From Acidimicrobiales bacterium (GTDB taxonomy: Bacteria > Actinomycetota > Acidimicrobiia > Acidimicrobiales > SZUA-35), in assembly GCA_020630065.1 (NCBI GenBank), contig JAHDCC010000006.1, positions 61,695 through 125,694 on the forward strand: DNA of 64,000 nt. The letters are read 5' to 3'. A program made the translations under genes and the position numbers. Shown piece by piece: positions 11,320 through 19,851 of this stretch. Every line of letters begins with the position of its first letter. The first letter of the stretch is position 1. The notes beneath the pieces are model-generated. The model saw only the letters and a program-made list of their open reading frames with translations, made no database searches and was not told where the DNA came from.

Positions 11320-12334
11320 GCACGTTGCAGTCTCCGGCCTAGGCACAACTGGAATACAAACAGCCAACCAGCTATCAACCGTTGACGTAATCTCCGGCCT
11401 ACGACTGTACGACCCCAAACCAGAACGACTAGAAAAAGCGAAACTCACCGTCGACAAATCAGTCGACTCTTACACGGCGCCAGCAACAGAAACACACTCC
11501 GGCGCACCGTCCCCGAAAGTAGCGGTACTCGCCGGGCCGGCACGAAGCCAAATCTCCCAAGCCCGCCCCCTCCTGCAAGCAGGATGTCATGTCGTATCGA
11601 TATCGGACCACATCGACGACGTCAAAGCACTCATTCGACTTGACCAACTAGCCAGAAGAAACAAAACCACCGTCATCGCCGGAGCCGGTTTCTGCCCCGG
11701 CCTCAGCGGCCTCCTCGTCGCCTACGGTGTGGCCCATTTAGACGCCGTCGACGCTATTAGCGTTGCCACGACGGGAACCGGCGGACCGGCGTGTGCCCGC
11801 CAACACCATCGGGCGCTCAAACAAAGTGGTATCGAATGGAACGACGGGCAATGGATCCCCCGGCGCGGGCGTTCAGGTCGAGATCTCGTATGGTTTCCCG
11901 ACCCGATAGGAGCCAACGACTGCTACCGGGCTGCTCTTGCCAGCCCGTTACTGATCCAACAAGCTTTTCCTCATGCCACCAGGATCGGCGCCAGAATGTC
12001 AGCCACCCGACGCGACAGCCTCACCAGCCGTCTCCCAATGCTGCGGCGCCCGCATCTAGACGGCGGCCCTGGCGCTATACGGGCAGAAATACGAGGCCGA
12101 GTGAACTCACAAATCGAAACCAAAATATATGGAGTCGCCGCCAACCCGTCCACGGCAGCAGCCACGATGGCGGCACTCTGCGCCGAACTGCTACTCAACA
12201 ACACCTTTCCACCCGGCGCATACGGACTAGCTTCGGCGCCAAACCCATCAGAGCTATTAGCAGAACTCCACGGGCGAGGAATCGTCGTTTCATCCTTCGA
12301 CGGCTACCTCCAATCGTCGGCTAACGGGACCTAG
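11318..12334 (+). CDS. NAD(P)-binding protein, saccharopine dehydrogenase-like
   Basis: From GTG 11318 the N-terminus is VHVAVSGLGTTG (Rossmann GxGxxG). An internal VIAGAGFCPGLSG is present. Listed ORF 11264-12334 is probably over-extended at its 5' end. Confidence 0.5.
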   Translation: MHVAVSGLGTTGIQTANQLSTVDVISGLRLYDPKPERLEKAKLTVDKSVDSYTAPATETHSGAPSPKVAVLAGPARSQISQARPLLQAGCHVVSISDHIDDVKALIRLDQLARRNKTTVIAGAGFCPGLSGLLVAYGVAHLDAVDAISVATTGTGGPACARQHHRALKQSGIEWNDGQWIPRRGRSGRDLVWFPDPIGANDCYRAALASPLLIQQAFPHATRIGARMSATRRDSLTSRLPMLRRPHLDGGPGAIRAEIRGRVNSQIETKIYGVAANPSTAAATMAALCAELLLNNTFPPGAYGLASAPNPSELLAELHGRGIVVSSFDGYLQSSANGT

Positions 12335-12433
12335 ATCCAACACAGCCCATCGGCGACCATGCCAGTTCAAACGTTTCCAGCGACATGAACCAGCACCATG
12401 TGACATTTGATGACCAAGAGTGAGATTTTTAGT

Positions 12434-12460
12434 TAAGTCGGTTCACAAAGTGGCCGATGA
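12434..12460 (+). promoter_or_regulatory. Sigma-28/WhiG-type promoter-like element upstream of the sigma gene
   Basis: TAAG-N15-GCCGATGA compared with consensus TAAA-N15-GCCGATAA, 100 nt upstream of ATG 12560. Confidence 0.3.
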
Positions 12461-12559
12461 AACTAATGCGTAACGTATTTCAACTTTTTTCTAAAGTTCG
12501 TCCCGCCCGATGTCGAGACTTCTTTCGCACGGAGGAAACAAAGAAAGAAGTTTGAAATC

Positions 12560-13444
12560 ATGGGTGAATCACTAGAACAACGCAACGCACGAATTGAACA
12601 GGCACTACCGCTAGTACGACACGTCGTATTCCAGGTCGCCGTTCACTTCCCACGCCACGTCGACCGAGAAGACCTTGCACGAGCCGGAGCGTTAGGCCTC
12701 GTAGAAGCCGCACGGCGCTACGACGAGAGCCGAGGAGTACCATTCGAACGGTTTGCTGCTCAGCGCATCCGTGGAGCGATCCTGGACTCGGTACGGGCCG
12801 CTGACTGGGCGCCGCGTTCAGTACGAACCCTGGCCCGTAAACTCGAAGCAACCGAACAGCGTCTAGCGACAGAACTCGGACGAGTCCCTAACAAAGACGA
12901 GATGGCTAACTCGTTGGGTGTCTCCCGGGCTGAACTCGCCCGACTACAAGACCGACTGTTCCGATCTGTCGTCCTCGCACTAGACCACGAAACCACCGAC
13001 GGCTCCGACGAAGATCTGACACTGGTCGACATTCTCAGCGACGAAGGAGCCGTAGAACCTTCGGTAGAGCTCGAAACCCGAGAAATGCACGCCTATTTGC
13101 GAGACGCAGTGAAACTACTGCCCGAACGGCAACGAATCGTCGTATCAGGATATTTCCTCGACGGAAAAACTTCCCGAGAGTTAGCCGACTTCCTTGGAGT
13201 CACCGAATCACGGGTCTCCCAGATCCGTTCCGAAGCGCTCAAAGCCCTCAAAATAGGGATCGAAGGCCAATACGAAGAAGTGGACGTAGACGCCACCGAA
13301 CAATGCCGGGTGGCGAAACGACAAGCCGCCTACGTCGAATCTGTCACCACCGCTCGACCTTGGAAAGACCGACTAGACCGTTGGGACACCTCATACGACG
13401 TGCCAAGCGACCCGATCCTCCCCGTCGGCACCATATCGAAGTAG
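12560..13444 (+). CDS. RNA polymerase sigma factor, group 3 (FliA/WhiG/SigB-like)
   Basis: Region 2 (DREDLARAGALGLVEAARRYDESRGVPFERFAAQRIRGAI), region 3, and a region 4 HTH (TSRELADFLGVTESRVSQIRSEALKAL). Confidence 0.85.
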   Translation: MGESLEQRNARIEQALPLVRHVVFQVAVHFPRHVDREDLARAGALGLVEAARRYDESRGVPFERFAAQRIRGAILDSVRAADWAPRSVRTLARKLEATEQRLATELGRVPNKDEMANSLGVSRAELARLQDRLFRSVVLALDHETTDGSDEDLTLVDILSDEGAVEPSVELETREMHAYLRDAVKLLPERQRIVVSGYFLDGKTSRELADFLGVTESRVSQIRSEALKALKIGIEGQYEEVDVDATEQCRVAKRQAAYVESVTTARPWKDRLDRWDTSYDVPSDPILPVGTISK

Positions 13445-13497
13445 TCGAAGCCATAGACGTTGTCAGCTAGATGAACCGTTCGAGAACCCTCGACGAG

Positions 13498-13854
13498 TTA
13501 GATAGCGGCTATTGCCTCTATCTCGACGGTGGCACCCAACGGAAGGGCCGATACAGCAACCGCTGAACGAGCAGGTCGATGATCACCGAACTCGTCGAGA
13601 TAGATTTCGTTCATCGTCGGGTAGTCGCCCATGTCAGTCAGAAAAACCGTGGTCTTGATAACCGACGCAAGTGAAGCATCAGCATCAGAAAGAACGGTGC
13701 GAAGGTTACGAAAAACCTGGCGTAGTTCGTGTTCTAGGCCACCGTCAACGAGTTGACCGTCGACAATGCCGATCTGTCCCGACGTGTATACAACAGCGCC
13801 GGACGTCAACTCGACTGATACCGACGGAACGTAAGGTCCTACCGGTTTACTCAC
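13498..13854 (-). CDS. RidA/YjgF family reactive-intermediate deaminase
   Basis: PVGPY....GAVVYTSGQIG...VIKTTVFLTDMGDY..MNEIY...RPARSAV.V..LPLGA.VEIEAIA is characteristic of the family. Confidence 0.9.
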   Translation of the reverse strand: MSKPVGPYVPSVSVELTSGAVVYTSGQIGIVDGQLVDGGLEHELRQVFRNLRTVLSDADASLASVIKTTVFLTDMGDYPTMNEIYLDEFGDHRPARSAVAVSALPLGATVEIEAIAAI

Positions 13855-13871
13855 CCGAAAAACCTGAACGC

Positions 13872-14036
13872 TTAGCGTTCTTCTTTAAAGATGACGTGCT
13901 TGCGAACAACTGGATCATACTTCTTGAGTTCGATCCGCTCACGAGTGTTGACTTTGTTCTTCTTGGTCACGTACATGTAGCCGGTACCAGCAGTAGAACG
14001 AAGCTTAACTAGAGGTCGTTTATCGTTTCGAGCCAT
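13872..14036 (-). CDS. rpmG: 50S ribosomal protein L33
   Basis: Hand translation gives [54 protein letters not shown] (54 aa, absent from the ORF track). The start overlaps the rpmB stop (TAATG). Confidence 0.9.
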   Translation of the reverse strand: MARNDKRPLVKLRSTAGTGYMYVTKKNKVNTRERIELKKYDPVVRKHVIFKEER

Positions 14037-14275
14037 TAGATTTTCTCCCCACGGCGACGCATATCAGCAACAACGGTCTCGATGCCGTTCTTATTGATCG
14101 TCTTGATTCCTTTAGTGCTGACATTCAACTTGATCCAACGTTTCTCGCTTGGAAGCCAAAAACGTTGTGTCTGAATGTTCGGGTTCCAACGTCGGCTGGA
14201 AACCCGGTGTGAATGGGAAATGGTGTTGCCAAAGCTGGGCTTACGGCCTGTTACCTGACAAATCTTGGACATCAT
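14036..14275 (-). CDS. rpmB: 50S ribosomal protein L28
   Basis: [34 protein letters not shown]... is a typical L28. The true start may be the second Met. Confidence 0.92.
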   Translation of the reverse strand: MMSKICQVTGRKPSFGNTISHSHRVSSRRWNPNIQTQRFWLPSEKRWIKLNVSTKGIKTINKNGIETVVADMRRRGEKI

Positions 14276-14437
14276 ATACCTCTAGCGATGCACGAGCCCT
14301 CCAGAAATTGAGAACTCGTCTGACCTAGTGATGCTAGCGCGCGTCTATGGTGCCTTGCTACCGAAGCAGATCACCAATTTGTGGTTGTCTAGCTTTCGAC
14401 ATATTTAACGGCCGGAAAGAAGCCTAAAAAGGGTTGG

Positions 14438-15112
14438 CTACCGTCGGGTCGGGTGAGTAAGCGATGGATTAGCTGAAAGGTCAATCCGTTGACCAGGACG
14501 GACACGTTTAGCCGTCTGTCGGTGGCGGCGTATAGTCGGCACGAACAACACTGCCGCCACCGCCACGATCAACGTTATTACCGACACTAGAACCCACCAG
14601 TTTTGCTCGGCGAGTGTTTCGCCACCATTTTCGGTTGGTTGGAGATCGACTCCAAGTTTCGCCACCTGTACTCCAATAGCGGCGAACAAGCCAACGACGG
14701 CGATACTGATAGCACTCGAAAAGTAGACGTTCTGGTTGACGATCGCGCCGCGACGCTGCGCAAACGACAGGCGCATACTTTCGTTATAAGCCAACACCGA
14801 TATTCCAGCGATCACCGCCAGATCGGGGCGCGAGCCGGGCTGAGCCGAAGCGACCCCAAGAAGCGCCAGCAAGACCACAAAAGTTGAAGCCCCCCACGAA
14901 ACGATGTGGTTACCGGTGTTCAACGCCACGAAATGGATAAGTAGCCCGATCATGATGACAAACGCCGCCAACAAGACTCCTGCTTGAGGAAAAAACAAAA
15001 TAAGATCTCTGAACGTCACGATCACCCAAACCGTCACGATCATCGCTCCGATCAAGGACAACACGACGTTGAACCCGATGATTCGTGAAACGAAACGGTC
15101 CTTAGCGTTCAT
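14438..15112 (-). CDS. Polytopic membrane protein, hypothetical (last gene of the MoxR operon)
   Basis: Roughly 6 hydrophobic helices by eye. Its start overlaps the DUF58 stop by 4 nt. Confidence 0.6.
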   Translation of the reverse strand: MNAKDRFVSRIIGFNVVLSLIGAMIVTVWVIVTFRDLILFFPQAGVLLAAFVIMIGLLIHFVALNTGNHIVSWGASTFVVLLALLGVASAQPGSRPDLAVIAGISVLAYNESMRLSFAQRRGAIVNQNVYFSSAISIAVVGLFAAIGVQVAKLGVDLQPTENGGETLAEQNWWVLVSVITLIVAVAAVLFVPTIRRHRQTAKRVRPGQRIDLSANPSLTHPTRR

Positions 15113-16413
15113 GTTCGCGCCCTCGTCTGAAATCGTCCCAATGACTGCGAAACCTGCGTCATCATTTGTTCAAGTGACGTACCCGGCTGCCAAGGGATAA
15201 CAATCGAACCTCGTTCGGTGAGCCAACGTTCGTTGAGTTCGTTCCCCAACCGAAAAATTCGTTGCGCCAAATGATTCAAATCAGGGGGGATCAACGGCAT
15301 ACCTGGCTTCAGAACCACAATATTGTGACCTTGGGTTCGCAGCGCCATCAACGTCAAAAGAGTGTGTTCTGAAAGCAGCGGCGAAATGGCGACAATGGTT
15401 GACGATCGAGGCAAATCGGCGGGCGGTTCAAGGCGAGCCTCCGACGACGGACGAATAGCTGCAGCTTGAGAGGCTAAAAGCGTGTCGACGACGGTATGAA
15501 GATGTTTGCTGCCCAACTTTGGTGGCAACCAACGAACCTGAAGACCAATGTCGAGCAACCCCATCTTGTCTTGGGCCAAAAGATGGCGTTCCGCCAGCGA
15601 CATCGCCGCAGTCACCGTCCACCGAAGAGTTGTTTCGATGCCGATACCTAAATCTTGGGCCGTGTCGACCAAAAGCACTAAGGTCGATGAACGCTCCGGA
15701 TGGCGTTCCAAAACCACTGGTTCCCCCCGGCGAGCTGAAAGCCGGGGATGGATCATGCGGATAGGGTCACCAAACCGGTAGAACCGGGCTTGGGCAAGTT
15801 CAGAACCAGAACCCAACGATTTACTTCGATGTTCGCCGGTGACCTGACGTTCCTTGTAGAGGGGAACCAGCGATTTGAGTTTCTCAGCAGGCGGGAAAAC
15901 CCTCACCGTTGAGGTCAAAGGAATCCGCTGAATCTGTTGTGAAATACCGAGCCGGTCTTGGGTGATAAGTACCGCCAACTCGGGGCCGGCCAAACCCCAC
16001 CGTACTGCCCGGGTTGGCACCGTCCATGATTGCGTCTGGCCGGCTCGTAAACCGGTTAAGAACCGGGCGGAACCTTGAGGTTGCAGAGTCGACGGAAACT
16101 GCAACTCAAGCTCTACCCAACCAACACTTCGATCGGAAAACACACCAACTTCGGTGACCACCAGATCGTTCTCGATAACTTGAGCCCGATTCAGCTTTAC
16201 GTCGGTCAACTGGGCGTGCGGCCACCAGCCGTCGGCGATCGAAAATACCAGAGCCAAAATAAATGGCGACGCTACCCCCAGCCACACCAAACTGTCCGTC
16301 ATCGGAACTAACGCCAAACAAAACAGGCCGAACAGAACGCACCACCAAAACCTTTGAGTGAGGTGTCTGGTAGTGCCGAACGGTTCGGCAGCAGGTGTTT
16401 GAGTAGCTGACAA
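15109..16413 (-). CDS. DUF58 (vWA-like) protein
   Basis: Two N-terminal TM helices and the DUF58 core (RFYRFGDPIRMIHPRLSARRGEPVV.ER....STLVLLVDTAQ). It lies directly downstream of MoxR, as is usual. Confidence 0.8.
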   Translation of the reverse strand: MSATQTPAAEPFGTTRHLTQRFWWCVLFGLFCLALVPMTDSLVWLGVASPFILALVFSIADGWWPHAQLTDVKLNRAQVIENDLVVTEVGVFSDRSVGWVELELQFPSTLQPQGSARFLTGLRAGQTQSWTVPTRAVRWGLAGPELAVLITQDRLGISQQIQRIPLTSTVRVFPPAEKLKSLVPLYKERQVTGEHRSKSLGSGSELAQARFYRFGDPIRMIHPRLSARRGEPVVLERHPERSSTLVLLVDTAQDLGIGIETTLRWTVTAAMSLAERHLLAQDKMGLLDIGLQVRWLPPKLGSKHLHTVVDTLLASQAAAIRPSSEARLEPPADLPRSSTIVAISPLLSEHTLLTLMALRTQGHNIVVLKPGMPLIPPDLNHLAQRIFRLGNELNERWLTERGSIVIPWQPGTSLEQMMTQVSQSLGRFQTRART

Positions 16414-16427
16414 CTGACGGGTTTCTT

Positions 16428-17603
16428 TCAGTTCGCTGGGGGTTGCTGAGGTCCGCCTTGACCATCCTGAAATCCAGGATTTTGAGGAGGCGTTTGTGGA
16501 GCGGTAGGTTCACCAGTCCAGGTGACAGCTTGGCCCGCGATTGCTCCTTGGCTCGCTTGGGGGTTTGGTTGCCATTGCCCAGCCGGTTGAGCGTATTGTT
16601 GAGGCGGAGCAGCTTGCGGCTGTGGCCCAACCCCGCCCTGGACGGCGTCACCAGGCTCGATCGACACCGGCGCAGGAACCGACTCAACGATCTGTTGAAC
16701 GACCTGTTCGTTTTTAACCCCACGAATCCATTGGTCTGGCTGCAGGATTAGTCGATGAGACAACGTCGGAATAGCTACCGCTTTGATGTCGTCGGGTAAG
16801 ACGTGTGATCGGCCAGCCATCGCTGCTGCCGCTCGCCCAGCTTTTAACAAGGCCAAAGAACCGCGAGGGCTCGCACCGACTTCGGTCATTGGGCTCGAGC
16901 GGGTAGTTTCGACAATGTCTACCACATATTTGGCTACCGGATGACTGATGTGAACCTCTTCAACTCGTTGCTGGATCGCCACAAGTTGTTCAGCGCTCAT
17001 CACCGCGTTGAGGGGTTGACGATCAGTTTTGCGGGTAGCTCGACGTAAGATCAACTCGACTTCGTTCGCACCACCGGGATAACCGATTGAAGTTCGGATC
17101 AAAAACCTGTCCAGCTGAGCTTCCGGTAACGGGTATGTGCCTTCTTGCTCGATCGGGTTCTGTGTCCCAACAACAAGAAACGGTTTCGGAAGCGCACGGG
17201 TGACACCGTCGGCAGTGACCTGTCGTTCCTCCATCGCTTCGAGTAACGCGGACTGCGTTTTTGGGGGAGCCCGGTTGATTTCGTCCCCTAAGACGAGGTT
17301 GGCGAAAACCGGTCCAGGCTGAAATTTGATTTGTGAATCCGGGGTCAGAACCGAAGCGCCAGTTATATCGGCCGGGATCAAGTCGGGAGTGAACTGGACA
17401 CGCGAAAACCGTAGACCCGCAGCCTCAGCTATCGCTCGGGCGATAGCCGTCTTCGCCACGCCGGGCACATCTTCGAGAAGAATATGTCCGTCAGCTAAGA
17501 CCGACGTGACAATTAGCGAAAGAACATCGCGTTTGCCGACGATGGCACGCTCTAACTCATCGATAAGTTGGTTCGCTGCTTGTTTAACATCAGCGTGGCT
17601 CAT
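16428..17603 (-). CDS. MoxR-family AAA+ ATPase with a Pro/Gln-rich C-terminal tail
   Basis: ILLEDVPGVAKT (Walker A), LGDEINRAPPKTQSALLEAMEERQVT, GTQNPIEQEGTYPLPEAQLDRF. About the last 85 aa are a P/Q/G low-complexity tail. Confidence 0.92.
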   Translation of the reverse strand: MSHADVKQAANQLIDELERAIVGKRDVLSLIVTSVLADGHILLEDVPGVAKTAIARAIAEAAGLRFSRVQFTPDLIPADITGASVLTPDSQIKFQPGPVFANLVLGDEINRAPPKTQSALLEAMEERQVTADGVTRALPKPFLVVGTQNPIEQEGTYPLPEAQLDRFLIRTSIGYPGGANEVELILRRATRKTDRQPLNAVMSAEQLVAIQQRVEEVHISHPVAKYVVDIVETTRSSPMTEVGASPRGSLALLKAGRAAAAMAGRSHVLPDDIKAVAIPTLSHRLILQPDQWIRGVKNEQVVQQIVESVPAPVSIEPGDAVQGGVGPQPQAAPPQQYAQPAGQWQPNPQASQGAIAGQAVTWTGEPTAPQTPPQNPGFQDGQGGPQQPPAN

Positions 17604-17615
17604 AGTCGAGATTCC

Positions 17616-18002
17616 TTACTGTAAAGCTGACGGGAGGTGGGCTCCCTGGTAGAGAGGGGTAAGCCCTAAATGGTTTTCTAATAACGTGACTGCGACCTGC
17701 AGTTGGCTAACGGTTGCGTTCAAAGGTAAGTGGCCGTGGTGGTGAAGTTCGGCGGCATCGAGTAGTCGGTTCATCGTATAGACCATATGGTCGCTCACAT
17801 GTCCCGTGGGTGATGCAGGTAGTTGGCTAACGATGCTGTGAAGTTCCCAAGGGATCTGTTCTTGACCAGGCGGAGGAGGGAAATTGACAGCGGTCGGTCC
17901 GGCCGAAATAGTTGCCTTGCCCAATCTCCGATTTAGACGAATAATCAGAAACGGGCTCACCGCCAAGCCGATCAGGACGGCTACCCCTATCGCTATGCCC
18001 AC
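17616..18002 (-). CDS. Membrane-anchored hypothetical protein
   Basis: N-terminal TM helix (MGIAIGVAVLIGLAVSPFLII). It is coupled to its operon neighbours, overlapping the upstream gene's stop. Confidence 0.5.
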   Translation of the reverse strand: MGIAIGVAVLIGLAVSPFLIIRLNRRLGKATISAGPTAVNFPPPPGQEQIPWELHSIVSQLPASPTGHVSDHMVYTMNRLLDAAELHHHGHLPLNATVSQLQVAVTLLENHLGLTPLYQGAHLPSALQ

Positions 18003-18652
18003 GGAAGGACCGGAAGTTTAGGAACGACGACGACTATGTTGTTGCTGAGATGTTTGAGTTGGCGTAACGCCTGTAAAGCGGTGTCACGGTCATAGGTGGT
18101 AGCCGGAGCGCTTCCGAAACGGGACTTGGCGTAGGAGTCACAAAGCTGGTTGAGGGGGGCGGCGAGATGGGGCTGTTCTGTCCCTACACGAAGGCTCCAC
18201 TCGAACGGGGTTTCTGGGTAAACCCGTTTCGGTAGGTGTTCGATCTTTGTTTCGGCTGCTTCGAAGATGAGGCGGATAGCTCGACTTGGGTCGTCGTCTT
18301 GGCCGAGGAGATGGACGAGTTCGTTGAATTCCCGCTCGTACGGGTCGTCTTCTAGTGGGGCGTGATAGTCAGGTCCGAAGCGGGGGCGTCGCCACGTCAG
18401 AAACGCCAGAACTAACAAACTGAAAACGACGGTTCCGGCTAGTAAACCGAAGAACCAGGTCCAGTTGATTTCAGGGTTAAGCGGGAACGGTGAGTCGCTT
18501 GGTTCCCTGTTGGTTCTCGGTTCGCGTTCGCGTGGTTCCGCAAGGGGAATTACGCCACTACCGGCACCCGAGATTACAAAAAGAATGTAGACGAGGGGAA
18601 CTAGAACGGCAGCAGCTATCGCTTTGTCTTGATATTTGCTGAGCTGACCCAT
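17993..18652 (-). CDS. DUF4129-like membrane protein
   Basis: Two TM helices, then a C-terminal helical region (AIRLIFEAAE...PETPFEW...LCDSYAKSRFG) resembling DUF4129, a family usually found in MoxR/DUF58 loci. Confidence 0.55.
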   Translation of the reverse strand: MGQLSKYQDKAIAAAVLVPLVYILFVISGAGSGVIPLAEPREREPRTNREPSDSPFPLNPEINWTWFFGLLAGTVVFSLLVLAFLTWRRPRFGPDYHAPLEDDPYEREFNELVHLLGQDDDPSRAIRLIFEAAETKIEHLPKRVYPETPFEWSLRVGTEQPHLAAPLNQLCDSYAKSRFGSAPATTYDRDTALQALRQLKHLSNNIVVVVPKLPVLPWA

Positions 18653-18710
18653 CGGGACCCATCTACATCGTCGAGCTGTATTTCAGAATACTGGATCAGC
18701 TCGAAGATAG

Positions 18711-19406
18711 TTACGCGACGTCGGCGGTGCCGACACTCTGCAGGATCAGAAGCTCATAGAACACTTCGGGATTCTTGATGAAATGGATAGTTCCGAGGGC
18801 CTGGTCCTGACCGGCGGTCTCGATTCGTAGCGTCGCATAACCCAGCAGCTCACCGAGAAACGGCTTTTCGTAGCTAATGTCGGTTGCCCTCGACAGTGGC
18901 AATGTGTCGATCTTTGATTGAAGGATGCCGCTAGATCCGATCACACGACGATCGGTAATGTAGAGGCGCTCATAGAATCGCCACTCTAAGAACTCGGCAA
19001 ATGATCGCCCGAGACTCCACAACATTCCGAACAGGCCAGCGCCTGCCGGTCCCAATAACACGTAACCTACAACAACGGTGACCGCCAACCCTGCGAGGCT
19101 GGGTCGAGATTTCTTGTTTCGTGCCATAGCGATAACCCCAGCGAGAGCCATGATGAATGCCAGGCCACCTATCGCTCCGCTGGGCACACGATTTAAGAAG
19201 GTCAATAAGAAGGTCAACAAAAAGACCGAAAGGCTTTCAAGGATCTCCGGTGCAGCGATCATCCAATGACGCCGTTGAGCATAGAACGGGATCTCGCGTC
19301 GAACCAGAACGTCTGCTTCTTCCAGCGGCCGCAGAAGTTTCCAGAGGCCGTCAAATACGCCCTCTTTGTTAGCGTCGCGGTTTTGGCCTTGGTTCTCGTC
19401 AGCCAT
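18711..19406 (-). CDS. Bacterial PH-domain (YdbS/YdbT-like) membrane protein
   Basis: A TM hairpin followed by YITDRRVIGSSGILQSKIDTLPLSRATDISYEKPFLGELLGYATLRIETAG. Confidence 0.72.
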   Translation of the reverse strand: MADENQGQNRDANKEGVFDGLWKLLRPLEEADVLVRREIPFYAQRRHWMIAAPEILESLSVFLLTFLLTFLNRVPSGAIGGLAFIMALAGVIAMARNKKSRPSLAGLAVTVVVGYVLLGPAGAGLFGMLWSLGRSFAEFLEWRFYERLYITDRRVIGSSGILQSKIDTLPLSRATDISYEKPFLGELLGYATLRIETAGQDQALGTIHFIKNPEVFYELLILQSVGTADVA

Positions 19407-19422
19407 GTCGGATCCTGTTTTC

Positions 19423-19689
19423 TTAATTTAATTCCGGATTTGGGTTAAATTGGTCGATCCCGCTTTGGCTACCTGATGTCACCGGCTCTGGTACTGGCTC
19501 TGTGCCTGACCCCGGTGTCCCCTCTGGACTAATCAAACCATCAAGAAACTCAAATATGGATACTACTATGTTTCCTATCCAGCCAGCAAACGTCCGGGCT
19601 GTTGTACCGGCGCCACCTGGATCTTGCCAGATAAGGAAGACGACAAAAAGTAGCAGGATTACATAAACCCATTTATTTGGTACTGGCAT
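19423..19689 (-). CDS. Small membrane protein, hypothetical
   Basis: 88 aa with two hydrophobic segments. It is the first gene of the minus-strand operon. Confidence 0.45.
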   Translation of the reverse strand: MPVPNKWVYVILLLFVVFLIWQDPGGAGTTARTFAGWIGNIVVSIFEFLDGLISPEGTPGSGTEPVPEPVTSGSQSGIDQFNPNPELN

Positions 19690-19851
19690 AGTTGCCTCCT
19701 AGGGCATCCTTATTTCTAGGGTCACAAAAAGAACGTGGACTCTACCCAGCAAAAGTACTATAGGGCAGATGCAGTCCAATTTAAAAGCCTCGGTACGAAT
19801 TTTTTCCTAACTCGTGTCATGTACTATTGCGTCAGAACACGAGGAGAAACG

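Noticed and set aside
16106-16723. 205-aa minus-strand ORF spanning the MoxR/DUF58 junction
   Set aside because: It is out of frame with both well-supported genes and bridges their intergenic gap. Its composition is Arg/Ser-rich shadow sequence.
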